This document shows, piece after piece, positions 9,903 through 20,139 of a stretch of 64,000 nt of DNA. Each line of letters starts with the position of its first letter. Within the stretch, counting starts at the first letter, position 1. Position numbers and translations under genes: made by a program. The stretch comes from Candidatus Poribacteria bacterium (GTDB lineage: Bacteria; Poribacteria; WGA-4E; WGA-3G): positions 228,709 to 292,708 of the forward strand of contig CBDFHD010000003.1 of NCBI GenBank assembly GCA_965247285.1, written 5' to 3'. The notes under the pieces are model-generated. The model ran no database searches. It had not been told where the DNA came from and saw only the letters and a list, made by a program, of their open reading frames with translations.

Positions 9903-10085
9903 CTGTGTAAAGAGAGTAACCCAATTACCCTCTTGATGCGTCAAATTCTTAATTTGAATACGCGCTAATTGTAGTACATCTTATGAGGGAAAGCGTGGGA
10001 TGTTAACTACGTTTTCGTGTTTTATTTTATAGATAGCAGTTTTCAAGGTTGACGTTTGCCTCAAAAATCAAAAGAGGAAGATTTT

Positions 10086-12776
10086 ATGTATTATAGCAAG
10101 TACGTTAAGCCGATTGTTTTCGCGCTCAGTATCTTTATAGTCATTTTAATGGGCATGTTTACGACGGTTATAGCACAGGAAGAAGCCAGCGATGCTGAGG
10201 AAGCAGAAGCCGCCGACGATGCTGAAGCATCTGAAGAAGAATCTCAAACTAGCACTCCTGTGAGGCTTGAAAGTCTCGTTGTCGTAGGTTCGCGTTCAAG
10301 ACCTCGTTCAATACTTGAGTCCCCAGTGCCGGTCGATGTTGTGTCGAAAGACGACTTTGCCAGACAGGGTGGCGCAGATTTAACCGATCTCTTGAGAACC
10401 CTGGTACCGTCTTTTAACATCAATACACAACCGATTAGTGATGCGTCAACAGTGGTACGTCCGGCGAATTTACGGGGGCTTGCCCCAGATCATACGCTGG
10501 TACTGGTCAATGGTAAGCGGCGACACCGTGCCTCAGTGATTCACTGGCTCGGGAACGGTTTATCTGATGGTTCACAGGGGCCTGATCTGTCGCCTATTCC
10601 GGCAATCGCGCTGAGACAGGTTGAGATCCTACGAGATGGAGCATCCGCACAATACGGTTCTGATGCCATTGCTGGGGTGATGAATTTTCAATTGAAAGAC
10701 AACCACGAAGGCGGTTCGTTTGAATTCAAACCCGGTATCTACCAGTACGGCGATGGTCGGCAGTTTGCTGCCGCTGGCAACATCGGTTTAGGGAACCCAG
10801 AGGCATGGACGAATCTCAGTTTTGAATATGGTGGCGCAGATCCGACTATCCGGTCTGTCCAACGTACTGATGCTTTAAACATGATTAACGCAGGTAATTT
10901 CAGTGTGAAAGATCCTGCGCAAATTTGGGGACAGCCGATTGTGGAGAATGACTTCAAATTCTTCGCCAACTACGGTGCTTCCCTCACAGATACCATCAAT
11001 TTCTATGGACATGCTAACTACGCCCGCAAGCGGGTTGAAGGCGGATTCTATTTCCGAAATCCAAATACTCGCAGTGGCGTGTTTAGCACGACCGGTGGAA
11101 AGACGTTGCTCGTCGGGGATTTGCGAGGTTTGACAGCCGAGACGGCGGCTTGGGAAGCCCGAAAGCAGGAAGCGGAGGTTGCCGGGAATGAGTTTACCGA
11201 ACTGTCGCCTCACGATGCTGACGATATCCCGATAACCAACCACGTTCCTGATCCAGAACGGTTGCAAGCCGTCAAGAGTGACCCGAACCTATTCACATTC
11301 CAGGAGATGTTTCCAGGGGGATTCACGCCCAGATTTGGCGCGTTCGCTTGGGATAGTTCCGTCGCCGTTGGCGTTAAGGGCACTGCTCTGGAAGAAGCGT
11401 TAGGCAAACCCCTAACGTGGGATGTGAGTGGTTCTTTTGGACGGCACCATGCCGATTTCTTTATCTTCAATACCGTCAATGCTTCCCTCGGACCGGATAC
11501 ACCGACATATTTTGATCCCGGTGACTATATCCAGACGGATTATAACCTCAACTTTGATGTAACGTATCCGTTGCACGACCTGGTGTTTCTCGCTTCTGGT
11601 TTGGAATATCGGGATGAAGGGTTTGAAATCATAGAAGGGGAACGCGAGTCGCATCAGATCGGGCCCCTCGCTGCTCAAGGTTTCACTGCTGCCTCCAACG
11701 GATTCTCCGGTTTCAGCCCGGTCGCAGCAGGAAATTGGCACCGCTCTAATGTTGCTGCCTATCTGGAAACTGAAATCAGACCGATTGATCCGCTGCTGCT
11801 CGCGCTTGCTGTACGCGGTGAACAATTTGAGGGCTTCGGTAGCACGCTGAACTATAAAGTCGCTGCGAACTACAAGGTTACTGAAACGATGCGGTTGCGG
11901 GGAAGTTATAGTACCGGGTTCCGAGCACCGACACCCGGGCAGCAAAATGCGTTCAACATTACCACTGAATACGATTTTGCGAAGGGTGATCTCGTTAATA
12001 ACGGAACAATTCCTTCCACTAACGCTGCTGTTGGTATTGTGACAGGCAAGGAAGATAACTCGCTTGACCCGGAAACATCAAATAACTTCACAGGTGGATT
12101 TACCGTTGATATTTTGGGCGTAAATTTCACGCTGGACTTTTTTGGTATTCGGCTGAAAAACCGGTTATCTGTGTCACAAGACTTTACATTGACTGCAGGG
12201 CAGAAGGCGCAGCTCATCGCTGAAGGTGTAACCAGTGCGGCGAATCTGGAAAAATTCCGGTTCTTTATCAATGACTTTGATACCACAACCCAAGGTATTG
12301 ACTTTGTCGTTACAGCACCAATTCCCAACGGAAACCTCATCGCCGTGTATAACTTCACGTCAACTACGGTTACCGATTTCAATCCTGACACGCTGGACGA
12401 TCATCGAATCAGGGAACTCGAAGAGAACTTACCGGAACACCGCGCCGGCCTGACTGTCGTTCAATCCATAACGGACGTATGGGGAGTGCTCGGGCGTGCC
12501 AGTTATTTCAGCGGTTGGTTCGATTCTGAAGATTTCTTACAGAATCCAGATGTGCCAGGCACTGGAGAATACACTGGAAGGGTTATTTTCGACTTAGAAA
12601 CCACTTACACCGTGGGGTCCGGATTGGCTCTCACTCTCGGTGGAAGAAATATCCTTAATACCTATCCCGATGAAAATCCGAATGCTGCTGGTTCTGTTGG
12701 TAACAAATACGGACAATTCAGTCCGTTTGGGTTTGATGGCGCGTTCTGGTATGCCAAAGTCGGATACAGTTTCTAA
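10086..12776 (+). CDS. TonB-dependent outer-membrane receptor
   Basis: A signal peptide and an acidic linker precede the plug-domain motifs VLVNGKRRH and ILRDGASAQYGSDAIAGVMNF. A long beta-barrel ends with a terminal aromatic (...VGYSF). AGAGGAAG lies before the ATG at 10086. Confidence 0.85.
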   Translation: MYYSKYVKPIVFALSIFIVILMGMFTTVIAQEEASDAEEAEAADDAEASEEESQTSTPVRLESLVVVGSRSRPRSILESPVPVDVVSKDDFARQGGADLTDLLRTLVPSFNINTQPISDASTVVRPANLRGLAPDHTLVLVNGKRRHRASVIHWLGNGLSDGSQGPDLSPIPAIALRQVEILRDGASAQYGSDAIAGVMNFQLKDNHEGGSFEFKPGIYQYGDGRQFAAAGNIGLGNPEAWTNLSFEYGGADPTIRSVQRTDALNMINAGNFSVKDPAQIWGQPIVENDFKFFANYGASLTDTINFYGHANYARKRVEGGFYFRNPNTRSGVFSTTGGKTLLVGDLRGLTAETAAWEARKQEAEVAGNEFTELSPHDADDIPITNHVPDPERLQAVKSDPNLFTFQEMFPGGFTPRFGAFAWDSSVAVGVKGTALEEALGKPLTWDVSGSFGRHHADFFIFNTVNASLGPDTPTYFDPGDYIQTDYNLNFDVTYPLHDLVFLASGLEYRDEGFEIIEGERESHQIGPLAAQGFTAASNGFSGFSPVAAGNWHRSNVAAYLETEIRPIDPLLLALAVRGEQFEGFGSTLNYKVAANYKVTETMRLRGSYSTGFRAPTPGQQNAFNITTEYDFAKGDLVNNGTIPSTNAAVGIVTGKEDNSLDPETSNNFTGGFTVDILGVNFTLDFFGIRLKNRLSVSQDFTLTAGQKAQLIAEGVTSAANLEKFRFFINDFDTTTQGIDFVVTAPIPNGNLIAVYNFTSTTVTDFNPDTLDDHRIRELEENLPEHRAGLTVVQSITDVWGVLGRASYFSGWFDSEDFLQNPDVPGTGEYTGRVIFDLETTYTVGSGLALTLGGRNILNTYPDENPNAAGSVGNKYGQFSPFGFDGAFWYAKVGYSF

Positions 12777-12813
12777 AACCTATCTCCTGAAAAGTGCTAA
12801 ATATGCTTTTCGC

Positions 12814-12844
12814 AGAGGCGCGGTTTTCAACCGCGCCTCTTCAA
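12814..12844 (+). terminator. Putative intrinsic terminator
   Basis: A 10-bp GC-rich stem AGAGGCGCGG with loop ttttcaa and partner CCGCGCCTCT lies directly after the TBDR stop. The downstream T tract is weak. Confidence 0.45.
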
Positions 12845-12932
12845 TTCATCTCATATTCAATTCATATAAATTACATTAGTTCTGCTTTAAATGAGAGTGT
12901 CTTTTTAACTGAAAAATGAAGGAGCTTCATTT

Positions 12933-15530
12933 ATGAAAGTCACACTTGATTTTAAAACGGTGCTGCTTCTGATGCCCGTCGTTTTAATTATTTTTATAAG
13001 TTTGGCATCTACTGCAGTGGCACAAGAGACTGAAATGGAATCGAGCGAAGCAACATCTGAACAGGAGGTCATAACGCTTGAGGGTGTGGTTGTGGTTGGG
13101 ACGCGTGCGAAACCGCGTTCGGTTCTTGAATCTGCGGTACCGATTGATGTTTTACCAAGTGAAGATTTCGTCAAACAGGGAGGCAAGGATTTGCCAGACC
13201 TGCTGAGAAACTTGGTCCCATCTTACAACGTCAATGCGCAGCCGATCGCTGATGCAGCCACTGTCGTCCGTCCTGCGAATCTGCGCGGATTGGCACCGGA
13301 TCACACGTTACTGCTGGTGAATGGCAAGCGCCGTCACCGTGCCTCCGTGATTGCTTGGCTCGGAAATGGGTTATCCGATGGCGCACAGGGTGCCGACCTT
13401 TCTCCTATCCCCACCATCGCACTGAAGCAGCTGGAGGTACTACGAGATGGAGCATCGGCACAATACGGTTCCGATGCGATCGCGGGGGTCATTAACCTGC
13501 AGCTCAAGGACAGTTACGAAGGCGGATCTTTTGCAATCAAACCCAGTATTTTCCAAGCGGGTGATGGTCTTGCATACGCTGTCGCTGGGAATATCGGTTT
13601 GGGACGAGAGGATCTCTGGACGAATCTCAGTGTAGAATACGGTGGCATGAATGAGACAGATCGCTCTGTACAACGCGATGATGCCGCCGCGCTCATCAGT
13701 GCCGGAAACGCGGATGTCGCTGATCCCGCTCAACCGTGGGGACATCCTATTATTAGAAACGACATCAAGATTTTTGCGAACTACGGTGCAAGCATTACCG
13801 ATGATATTAAGTTCTACGGGCATGCGAACTACGCGCAGAAGGAAGTTGAAGGCGGGTTCTACTTCCGAAATCCCAATACCCGACCTGCTGTCTTTAGTAA
13901 TGATGATGGAGAAACCTTACTTGTTGGAAGATTGTCGGGCACAGGTGAAGTTCCTGTGGTCAAGATAACCAACAACGTTCCATATCCGGTTGCCTTACAA
14001 CAGGTTTTCTCTGACCCAAATCTTTTCACATTCCAAGAGCTCTTTCCCGGTGGGTTTACACCCCGTTTCGGTGCGGATACCCAAGATGCTTCGCTCCTCG
14101 TTGGCTTGAAAGGAATGATCGCTGCGGACTTAGGATGGGATTTGAGTGCTTCTTATGGACGGCACGCCTCCGATTTCTTTATCAGAAATACGGTTAATGC
14201 CTCGCTTGGACCGGACACACCGACTGAATTTGACCCGGGCGATTATATCCAAGCGGATACGAACATTAATCTTGACTTAACCTATCCGCTACACGATATG
14301 GTGTTCCTCGCCTCAGGTTTGGAATATCGCACGGAAACCTTTGAGATTGTGCAGGGACAGATTGAGTCTTGGAAAATCGGTCCGTTGGCAAGCCAAGGAT
14401 TTAGTTCAGGATCCAACGGATTCCCCGGCTTCAGTGATATTGCCGAAGGGAGTTGGACCCGGTCTAACTTCGCTGGTTATTTGGAAAGTGAGTTGAGACC
14501 TCTTGACTTTTGGACGGTTAATGCTGCCATCCGCGGTGAGTACTTCGACGATTTTGGGAGCACTGTCAATTACAAAATCGCAACGAACTATGGCATTGCC
14601 GATACGCTTAAAGAATTGCTTTCGGTTGATCCTGTTGTTGACTTAAGGGCACGCGGCAGTTATAGCACCGGTTTTAGAGCACCGACACCGGGTCAGCAAA
14701 ATGCCTTTAACGTCACAACGGAGTTCGGTGAAAACAATACATTGGTCAATAAAGGGACGATTCCTTCTACACACGCTGCCGCAAGTTTAGTGGGTGGTAA
14801 GCCACTCGAACCCGAAAAGTCAAAGAATTTCACGGTTGGAACAGTCGTCAGCCATACCATTGCGAGTATCACTGTTGACTATTTCAACATTAAGCTGGAG
14901 GATCGGTTGGCTCCGACAAAAGACTTCCAGCGAGGTACAGATATTACAGAGGCACAGATTCAGCAGCTCGTGGCTGAAGGCATTACGAGCGCAGGCAATC
15001 TACAAGAGTTCCGGTTCTTTACCAATGAATTTGAGACGAGCACTCAAGGAGTTGATGTGATTCTCACAGCACCCATATTGGATGGGGCGCTAAGTCTCGC
15101 TTACAACTACACGGAGACCACAGTAACCAAGCGTAATCCTGATATCCTTGACGACACACGCGTCCGGCTATTGGAGGAAGGTGTCCCTCGTCATCGCGGA
15201 AATGTGACGCTAACCCAAGCCATCGGCGACAGTTTAGGTGTATTGGGAAGAGTCAATTATTACGGTCCTTGGTACGAGAACGCTGTAGGCGCGCAAACCT
15301 ACGGTGAGGCGTTTTTGGTGGACCTTGAAGTTAGTTACGCGCTCATTGAGAACTTAGGCATCACAATTGGGGTGAATAATGTCCTCAATGTTGAACCGGA
15401 TAACGTGACTTGGGCGGATCCGGATGTTGAGAACTTTACGGGAGCAATCGTTGGTAGACCCTTCGGTGAGTATAGTCCTTATGGGTTTGGCGGCGCGTTC
15501 TGGTATACTAAAGTTGGTTACAGTTTTTAA
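12933..15530 (+). CDS. TonB-dependent outer-membrane receptor (tandem paralog)
   Basis: It has the same architecture and ~60% identity to 10086..12776, with the plug motifs LLVNGKRRH and VLRDGASAQYGSDAIAGVINL and a ...VGYSF C-terminus. GAAGGAG precedes the ATG. Confidence 0.85.
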   Translation: MKVTLDFKTVLLLMPVVLIIFISLASTAVAQETEMESSEATSEQEVITLEGVVVVGTRAKPRSVLESAVPIDVLPSEDFVKQGGKDLPDLLRNLVPSYNVNAQPIADAATVVRPANLRGLAPDHTLLLVNGKRRHRASVIAWLGNGLSDGAQGADLSPIPTIALKQLEVLRDGASAQYGSDAIAGVINLQLKDSYEGGSFAIKPSIFQAGDGLAYAVAGNIGLGREDLWTNLSVEYGGMNETDRSVQRDDAAALISAGNADVADPAQPWGHPIIRNDIKIFANYGASITDDIKFYGHANYAQKEVEGGFYFRNPNTRPAVFSNDDGETLLVGRLSGTGEVPVVKITNNVPYPVALQQVFSDPNLFTFQELFPGGFTPRFGADTQDASLLVGLKGMIAADLGWDLSASYGRHASDFFIRNTVNASLGPDTPTEFDPGDYIQADTNINLDLTYPLHDMVFLASGLEYRTETFEIVQGQIESWKIGPLASQGFSSGSNGFPGFSDIAEGSWTRSNFAGYLESELRPLDFWTVNAAIRGEYFDDFGSTVNYKIATNYGIADTLKELLSVDPVVDLRARGSYSTGFRAPTPGQQNAFNVTTEFGENNTLVNKGTIPSTHAAASLVGGKPLEPEKSKNFTVGTVVSHTIASITVDYFNIKLEDRLAPTKDFQRGTDITEAQIQQLVAEGITSAGNLQEFRFFTNEFETSTQGVDVILTAPILDGALSLAYNYTETTVTKRNPDILDDTRVRLLEEGVPRHRGNVTLTQAIGDSLGVLGRVNYYGPWYENAVGAQTYGEAFLVDLEVSYALIENLGITIGVNNVLNVEPDNVTWADPDVENFTGAIVGRPFGEYSPYGFGGAFWYTKVGYSF

Positions 15531-15589
15531 TTCTTAGTATGTATTCGGAAGCGGTTTCCAATTGCCCCCTAACGTGAAGGGAAATCTTT

Positions 15590-15868
15590 ATGCTATTTCA
15601 ACGGAACAGAACGACGCTCAGATATATAACTATTTTCGGCATCCTCGCTTCATTCTTCTTAATGAGCGTTTTCTTTTTAAGTTGTGATCGTATTCAACAA
15701 GTTGTTGCTCCGGAGGGGATGGAAACCCCTGATGGGGCAGCTGCAGTCAAAATCGGTTTCATTTATAGTCCTTCTGATCCGGGGACAACACGAAATGGTG
15801 CCGAGTTAGCGGTTACCCTCGCGAATGCGGCAGGCGGAATAAACCATAATACATTAGCAATTATATGA
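15590..15868 (+). pseudogene. Truncated N-terminal fragment of a LivK-type substrate-binding lipoprotein
   Basis: The 92-aa ORF has a lipoprotein signal (FFLSC) and then VKIGFIYSPSDPG...GAELAV...ANAAGGINH, typical of the first ~60 residues of type-1 binding proteins. A premature stop is followed by a hairpin. Confidence 0.5.
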
Positions 15869-15917
15869 CGCGAGATCCTTGGGTCTCGCAAATTTTCCGA
15901 AAGTGAGGTAAATTGAA

Positions 15918-16754
15918 ATGAGCAATCGGTCCAGAGACGCAGAATATACAATGGGCCGCAGCAAAGGCGAAACGGAACGCTTAATCAAGCAGTCACAACT
16001 CTATGAAGATGTGACACGGCGTTTTTTTCTCAGAAGCGGTATTGCAAAAGGGATGAAAGTCCTTGATGTTGGGAGCGGTGCTGGCGATGTGGCTCTCACG
16101 CTCGCCGAATTTGTTGGTCCCGACGGCACAGTTATTGGTGTAGATGTCAATCCTGATATTCTCAAAATAGCGCAAGCTCGAGCGGATGCAGCGGGTTTTT
16201 CAAACATTGAATTCATTGCGGGTGATACCCGAACCCTTGGACTTCCGGACGATTTTGATGCTGTTGTCGGGCGGCTTGTACTGATGTATATGGCGGACCC
16301 AGCGGAAACACTTAGGCATTTGGCGACACACCTGCGTCCCGGTGGAATAGTCGCCTTTCAGGAAGTCGATTTTACGCCTTATACTGCAGCAGTGCATCCC
16401 GATACCCCCTTAGCAAACAAATTAATTGAATGGGGACGCACCGTGTTTGAGCGTTCAGGAGCACATCTTGAGATGGGTATGGACCTTTACAAAGCCTTTG
16501 TTGAAGCAGGTTTACCCGAACCGACTTTACATTTTGAGGCACCTATGGGCGGACCTGAAGATTGGCCCGGCTACGAATATCTTGAGAACAGTTTTCGGAG
16601 CCTCGTCCCCCTGCTGGAGGCGTACGGAATTACCACAGCTGAAGCGTTGGATGTTGATACGTTGGCAGAGCGGATACAGGCGGAAGTCGCTGCAGCGAAA
16701 CGACCGATTATGTTGCCACCGCATATCACGGCGTATGCCACGCTTGCATCCTGA
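15918..16754 (+). CDS. Class I SAM-dependent methyltransferase
   Basis: The SAM-binding motif VLDVGSGAGDVALTLAEFVGPDGTVIGVDVNPD is present. Confidence 0.8.
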   Translation: MSNRSRDAEYTMGRSKGETERLIKQSQLYEDVTRRFFLRSGIAKGMKVLDVGSGAGDVALTLAEFVGPDGTVIGVDVNPDILKIAQARADAAGFSNIEFIAGDTRTLGLPDDFDAVVGRLVLMYMADPAETLRHLATHLRPGGIVAFQEVDFTPYTAAVHPDTPLANKLIEWGRTVFERSGAHLEMGMDLYKAFVEAGLPEPTLHFEAPMGGPEDWPGYEYLENSFRSLVPLLEAYGITTAEALDVDTLAERIQAEVAAAKRPIMLPPHITAYATLAS

Positions 16755-16767
16755 AAAGGCTCCGCGC

Positions 16768-17628
16768 ATGGCGAAAAATCATTTAGAAAACTCGCAGACA
16801 TCAGATCGCGGCGGCACCTATACCTTAGGGCGTACCTCACACGAAACGACACGTCTCATTGAACAATCAAGAATCTATGGAGAGTCGACGCAACGTCTCT
16901 GTAAGCGAGCCGGTGTAACGGAAGGGATGCGAGTCCTCGAAGTCGGTAGTGGTGCGGGTGATGTTGCCCTTACCCTCGCTGAACTTGTCGGTCCTGAAGG
17001 GTGGGTTGTCGGTGTGGATCTCAATCCCGCAATTCTTGAAACGGCACGCCAGCGGGCAACAGACGCAGGCATCCAGAACGTTGAATTCGTTGCCGGTGAT
17101 GCGCGAACGCTGGCTTTTACGGACAAATTTGATGCTATTGTCGGACGATTTGTGTTGATGTATATGGTGGATCCTGGGAAAACATTCGCTCAGCTCATAA
17201 CGCATTTAAAACCGGGCGGCATCGCCGCATTCCAGGAGCCAGAATACACGCTTTATCCCGCGTTCTTACATCCGGATACACCTCTCATGAACCAACTCAT
17301 TAAGTGGATTTTGGATGTGTTTGAACATTCAGGAGCACATCTTGACACGGGCATTGGGCTTTATCGCGCTTTTGTTGACGCAGGTTTGCCGCCACCAACG
17401 ATGCATCTTGAGTCTCCTATCGGTGCCGCCAAAACGTGGGCGGGTTACCGATACATGGCGACTATCTTTCAGAGTCTCCTTCCGCTCTTAGAAAAATACA
17501 GGCTTGCGACAGTGGAACAGGTGGATGTGGATACGTTAGCCGCACGGATCCGGAAAGAGGTCCTCACATCGAAACGTCCGTTTTTTTTACCGTTGCATGT
17601 AACTGCATATTCAACGCTTCCAACCTAA
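16768..17628 (+). CDS. Class I SAM-dependent methyltransferase (tandem paralog)
   Basis: It is ~60% identical to 15918..16754 and carries VLEVGSGAGDVALTLAELVGPEGWVVGVDLNP. The ORF track extends it to 16426, but that part overlaps the previous gene out of frame. The real start is the ATG at 16768. Confidence 0.8.
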   Translation: MAKNHLENSQTSDRGGTYTLGRTSHETTRLIEQSRIYGESTQRLCKRAGVTEGMRVLEVGSGAGDVALTLAELVGPEGWVVGVDLNPAILETARQRATDAGIQNVEFVAGDARTLAFTDKFDAIVGRFVLMYMVDPGKTFAQLITHLKPGGIAAFQEPEYTLYPAFLHPDTPLMNQLIKWILDVFEHSGAHLDTGIGLYRAFVDAGLPPPTMHLESPIGAAKTWAGYRYMATIFQSLLPLLEKYRLATVEQVDVDTLAARIRKEVLTSKRPFFLPLHVTAYSTLPT

Positions 17629-17648
17629 ATTTCCTAAATTTTCTGTTA

Positions 17649-17787
17649 TCGTAAAGTCTGAAAATATGTAGTAGTAAAGCCCGAAAATATGTAGACATCT
17701 CAGGAGGCAGCAACCCTACCCCACCGCTGGCGAGGTTTCTAACCTCGCCTCTTCACAATGTCCAAGTAATTATAGGCTTTACTATAA
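17649..17787. repeat. MITE family 1 copy A
   Basis: The left TIR TAGTAAAGCCCGAAAATATGTAGAC follows a partial duplication. The internal hairpin is CCGCTGGCGAGGTTTCTAACCTCGCC and the right TIR is TCCAAGTAATTATAGGCTTTACTATA. Confidence 0.6.
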
Positions 17788-18040
17788 TTGAAATTTACAC
17801 TGTGATGTGGGATTCAGAGGCATTCCGTTCTTTTGTAGGAGCGACCTCCCGGTCGCGATTCTTTCTCTTTCATCTTGGTCGATAAGTCAAACTATGGTAT
17901 CATAAGTCATAAATAGACGTTAATACTATTACATAATTTATATAAATGTAATTGGCTTTAACCTATGTTGACGAATACATACTGAATTTCAATCAACGCA
18001 TTCTGTAAAACTAAAGGTCTCTGAAAAATCGCATTTTTGG

Positions 18041-18069
18041 TTGATATATGGATTAGAATGTGGTATAAT
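18041..18069 (+). promoter_or_regulatory. Sigma70-like promoter of the rpsF operon
   Basis: TTGATA is separated by 17 nt from an extended -10 GTGGTATAAT. Confidence 0.5.
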
Positions 18070-18244
18070 TATACTAACTAAAGTTAACGAATAGAATTCC
18101 ATCTAACCTGTAATCGCCCTTTTGATTTACAGGCGATTCATAGGCATCAGGTGGATTTTACTTAATTTAATTAATATTAATCTCTGCTCTCTGCTTTTAT
18201 TACAAAAGCAGTGGAGCCATCAGTCCGAAGAGAGGCACGAAAAT

Positions 18245-18715
18245 TTGAATCCTTATGAACTCCTCCTTATCATTACTCCCGACCACGATGAAAAGGAAGC
18301 TGAGGCTCTTACGAATCAAGTAAAGGGCATTATCGAAGGTGGCGGGACTCTCCTGAAAGTTGATCCCTGGGGGAAAAAACGACTCGCTTATCCTATCCGG
18401 AAACGGAGTGAAGGGTATTATGTGCTCTACATTTTTGAGTGCACATCGAGTTTTGTCGCGGAATTAAATCAATCCCTGCAGGTCATTGAAGCGATTTTGC
18501 GGTATATGCTCGTCCAATACGAGGATGATATTGATAAGTTGAAAGCCGAACTAACCGCTGAAGGAACCGAGGTCGAAGAATCAACGTCAGATGAGGATTC
18601 GGCACCGGATGAAGAATTGACATCGGATGAGGAACCAGCGTCGGATGATAATGCAGAGGCTGAAGATACAACAGATAATGACGCAGAGGCTGAAGATACA
18701 GCAGCGTCTGCCTGA
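18245..18715 (+). CDS. rpsF: 30S ribosomal protein S6 with an extended acidic C-terminal tail
   Basis: The S6 fold is seen in YELLLIITPDHDEKEAE...GKKRLAYPI...YYVLY. A TTG start is likely at 18245, with an in-frame ORF from 18122. The C-terminal ~60 aa are D/E-rich. Confidence 0.8.
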   Translation: MNPYELLLIITPDHDEKEAEALTNQVKGIIEGGGTLLKVDPWGKKRLAYPIRKRSEGYYVLYIFECTSSFVAELNQSLQVIEAILRYMLVQYEDDIDKLKAELTAEGTEVEESTSDEDSAPDEELTSDEEPASDDNAEAEDTTDNDAEAEDTAASA

Positions 18716-18799
18716 AATAAGCGTTATCCAAATCTTAAACGAACTTTTGGCTTGTAGGCTACCTCAAAAGGTCTGAGCCTACGATAAAAAGGAGAAACC

Positions 18800-19270
18800 A
18801 TGGCAAGTTACAACAAGGTCATCCTGATGGGGAATCTGACACGGGACCCTGAAGTGAAATTTCTGCCGAGCGGAACAGCCATCGCTAATTTTGGATTGGC
18901 TATGAGTGAACGGTATACTGACCGGCAAACTGGTGAACAGAGAGAGAATGTCTGCTTTGTTGATATAGAAGCATGGGATAAGCAGGCAGAGTTAGTCGGT
19001 GAGTATTTCAGTAAAGGCAGCCCCATTTTGGTTGAGGGGGCCCTCAAGTATGATTCGTGGGAAGCTGAAGACGGAACGAAGCGGAACCGTCTTAAAGTCC
19101 GTCTGATGCGGTTTCAGTTTGTTGGGAAACGTGAGGACAATGAGGCGGGTGGCGGTTACGCCGATGCCCAACCTGCGGCTGCACCAAGACAGGCTGCATC
19201 TTATCAGGACGCACCAGCTCCCGCTGTGAGTGACGCATCTTCCGCAACAGAGGACGACATTCCGTTTTAA
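18800..19270 (+). CDS. ssb: Single-stranded DNA-binding protein
   Basis: The OB-fold motif MASYNKVILMGNLTRDPE and the canonical acidic C-terminal tip DDIPF are present. Confidence 0.9.
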   Translation: MASYNKVILMGNLTRDPEVKFLPSGTAIANFGLAMSERYTDRQTGEQRENVCFVDIEAWDKQAELVGEYFSKGSPILVEGALKYDSWEAEDGTKRNRLKVRLMRFQFVGKREDNEAGGGYADAQPAAAPRQAASYQDAPAPAVSDASSATEDDIPF

Positions 19271-19428
19271 GTAAGGATAGTCTTCGTGGGAGAGCCGTTG
19301 TTGTCCAGAGGGTCTCCCACGTTCTTGGTGAGTCTTTCGATAGATAGGTGTGTTGAGTGCTCCTATAGACATAGCGCATCAGAAACGCTCTGATGCGCAA
19401 CATTTTAGAAAAAAGGAACAGAATTGAT

Positions 19429-19629
19429 ATGGCATTCCGTCGCAGGCAGCGCTATCATAAGATTGAATCTTTCGATTACAAAGATATAGATACGCTGCGA
19501 AAATTTATTAATGAACGTGGCAAAATTGTGAGTCGCCGGGTCACTGGGCTATCGGCGAAGCAACAACGAATGGTAACGCGTGCAGTCAAGCGCGCCCGTA
19601 ATATGGCACTGTTGCCGTTTACGCGATAG
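19429..19629 (+). CDS. rpsR: 30S ribosomal protein S18
   Basis: The S18 motifs FRRRQRY and ...[16 protein letters not shown]...[10 protein letters not shown] are present. AAGGAA lies before the ATG at 19429. Confidence 0.9.
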   Translation: MAFRRRQRYHKIESFDYKDIDTLRKFINERGKIVSRRVTGLSAKQQRMVTRAVKRARNMALLPFTR

Positions 19630-19690
19630 AGGTAGGGCTTCAGACACGTACAACGGGTTTCCCTACGAAGGATAGTTTAGGATTTCAATT

Positions 19691-20137
19691 ATGGAAGTCA
19701 TTCTAAAGAAAAGTGTTGAAGGTCTCGGTCTACCGGGCGATGTGCTGAACGTCGCAAATGGTTTCGCACGTAACTATCTTCTTCCTATGCAGTTAGCGGT
19801 GCATGCAACGGAGCGAAACCGCCGACACTTAGATCACGAGAAACAAGTAATTGATCATCAAGGGGCGAAGGATAAAGAACGCGCACAGGAAATCGCCGCA
19901 CAGATGACTGGTGTTACGTGCACACTGAGCAGGCGTGCTGGTGAACACGATCGTCTCTTCGGGTCAGTTACTTCTATGGATATCGCAGAGAATTTGCGAA
20001 CGCAGGGGGTTGATTTGGAACGGCGGTTCTTTGAACTCGCAGAGCCGATTCGTGAACTCGGCGTGTTTATGGTACCGGTCAAATTGCATACAGATGTTGT
20101 CGTCGAACTCCGCGTTGTTGTTGGACGTGAAGAGTAA
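19691..20137 (+). CDS. rplI: 50S ribosomal protein L9
   Basis: The N-terminus MEVILKKSVEGLGLPGDVLNVANGFARNYLLP is typical of L9. Confidence 0.9.
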   Translation: MEVILKKSVEGLGLPGDVLNVANGFARNYLLPMQLAVHATERNRRHLDHEKQVIDHQGAKDKERAQEIAAQMTGVTCTLSRRAGEHDRLFGSVTSMDIAENLRTQGVDLERRFFELAEPIRELGVFMVPVKLHTDVVVELRVVVGREE

Positions 20138-20139
20138 TT

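Noticed and set aside
9830-10085. A long leader before a TonB-dependent receptor, which suggested a cobalamin or other riboswitch.
   Set aside because: No B12-box (GCCACTG-like) or other recognisable riboswitch core was found. Only a palindrome consistent with a protein operator is present.
10739-12391. Multiple minus-strand ORFs of 76-177 aa inside the TonB-dependent receptor genes.
   Set aside because: They are fully embedded antisense to strongly supported CDSs, with no RBS and no homology.
16426-16767. The ORF-track N-terminal extension of the second methyltransferase, 114 codons overlapping the first methyltransferase.
   Set aside because: It overlaps the upstream gene out of frame and has no homology. 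The ATG at 16768 aligns with the paralog's start.
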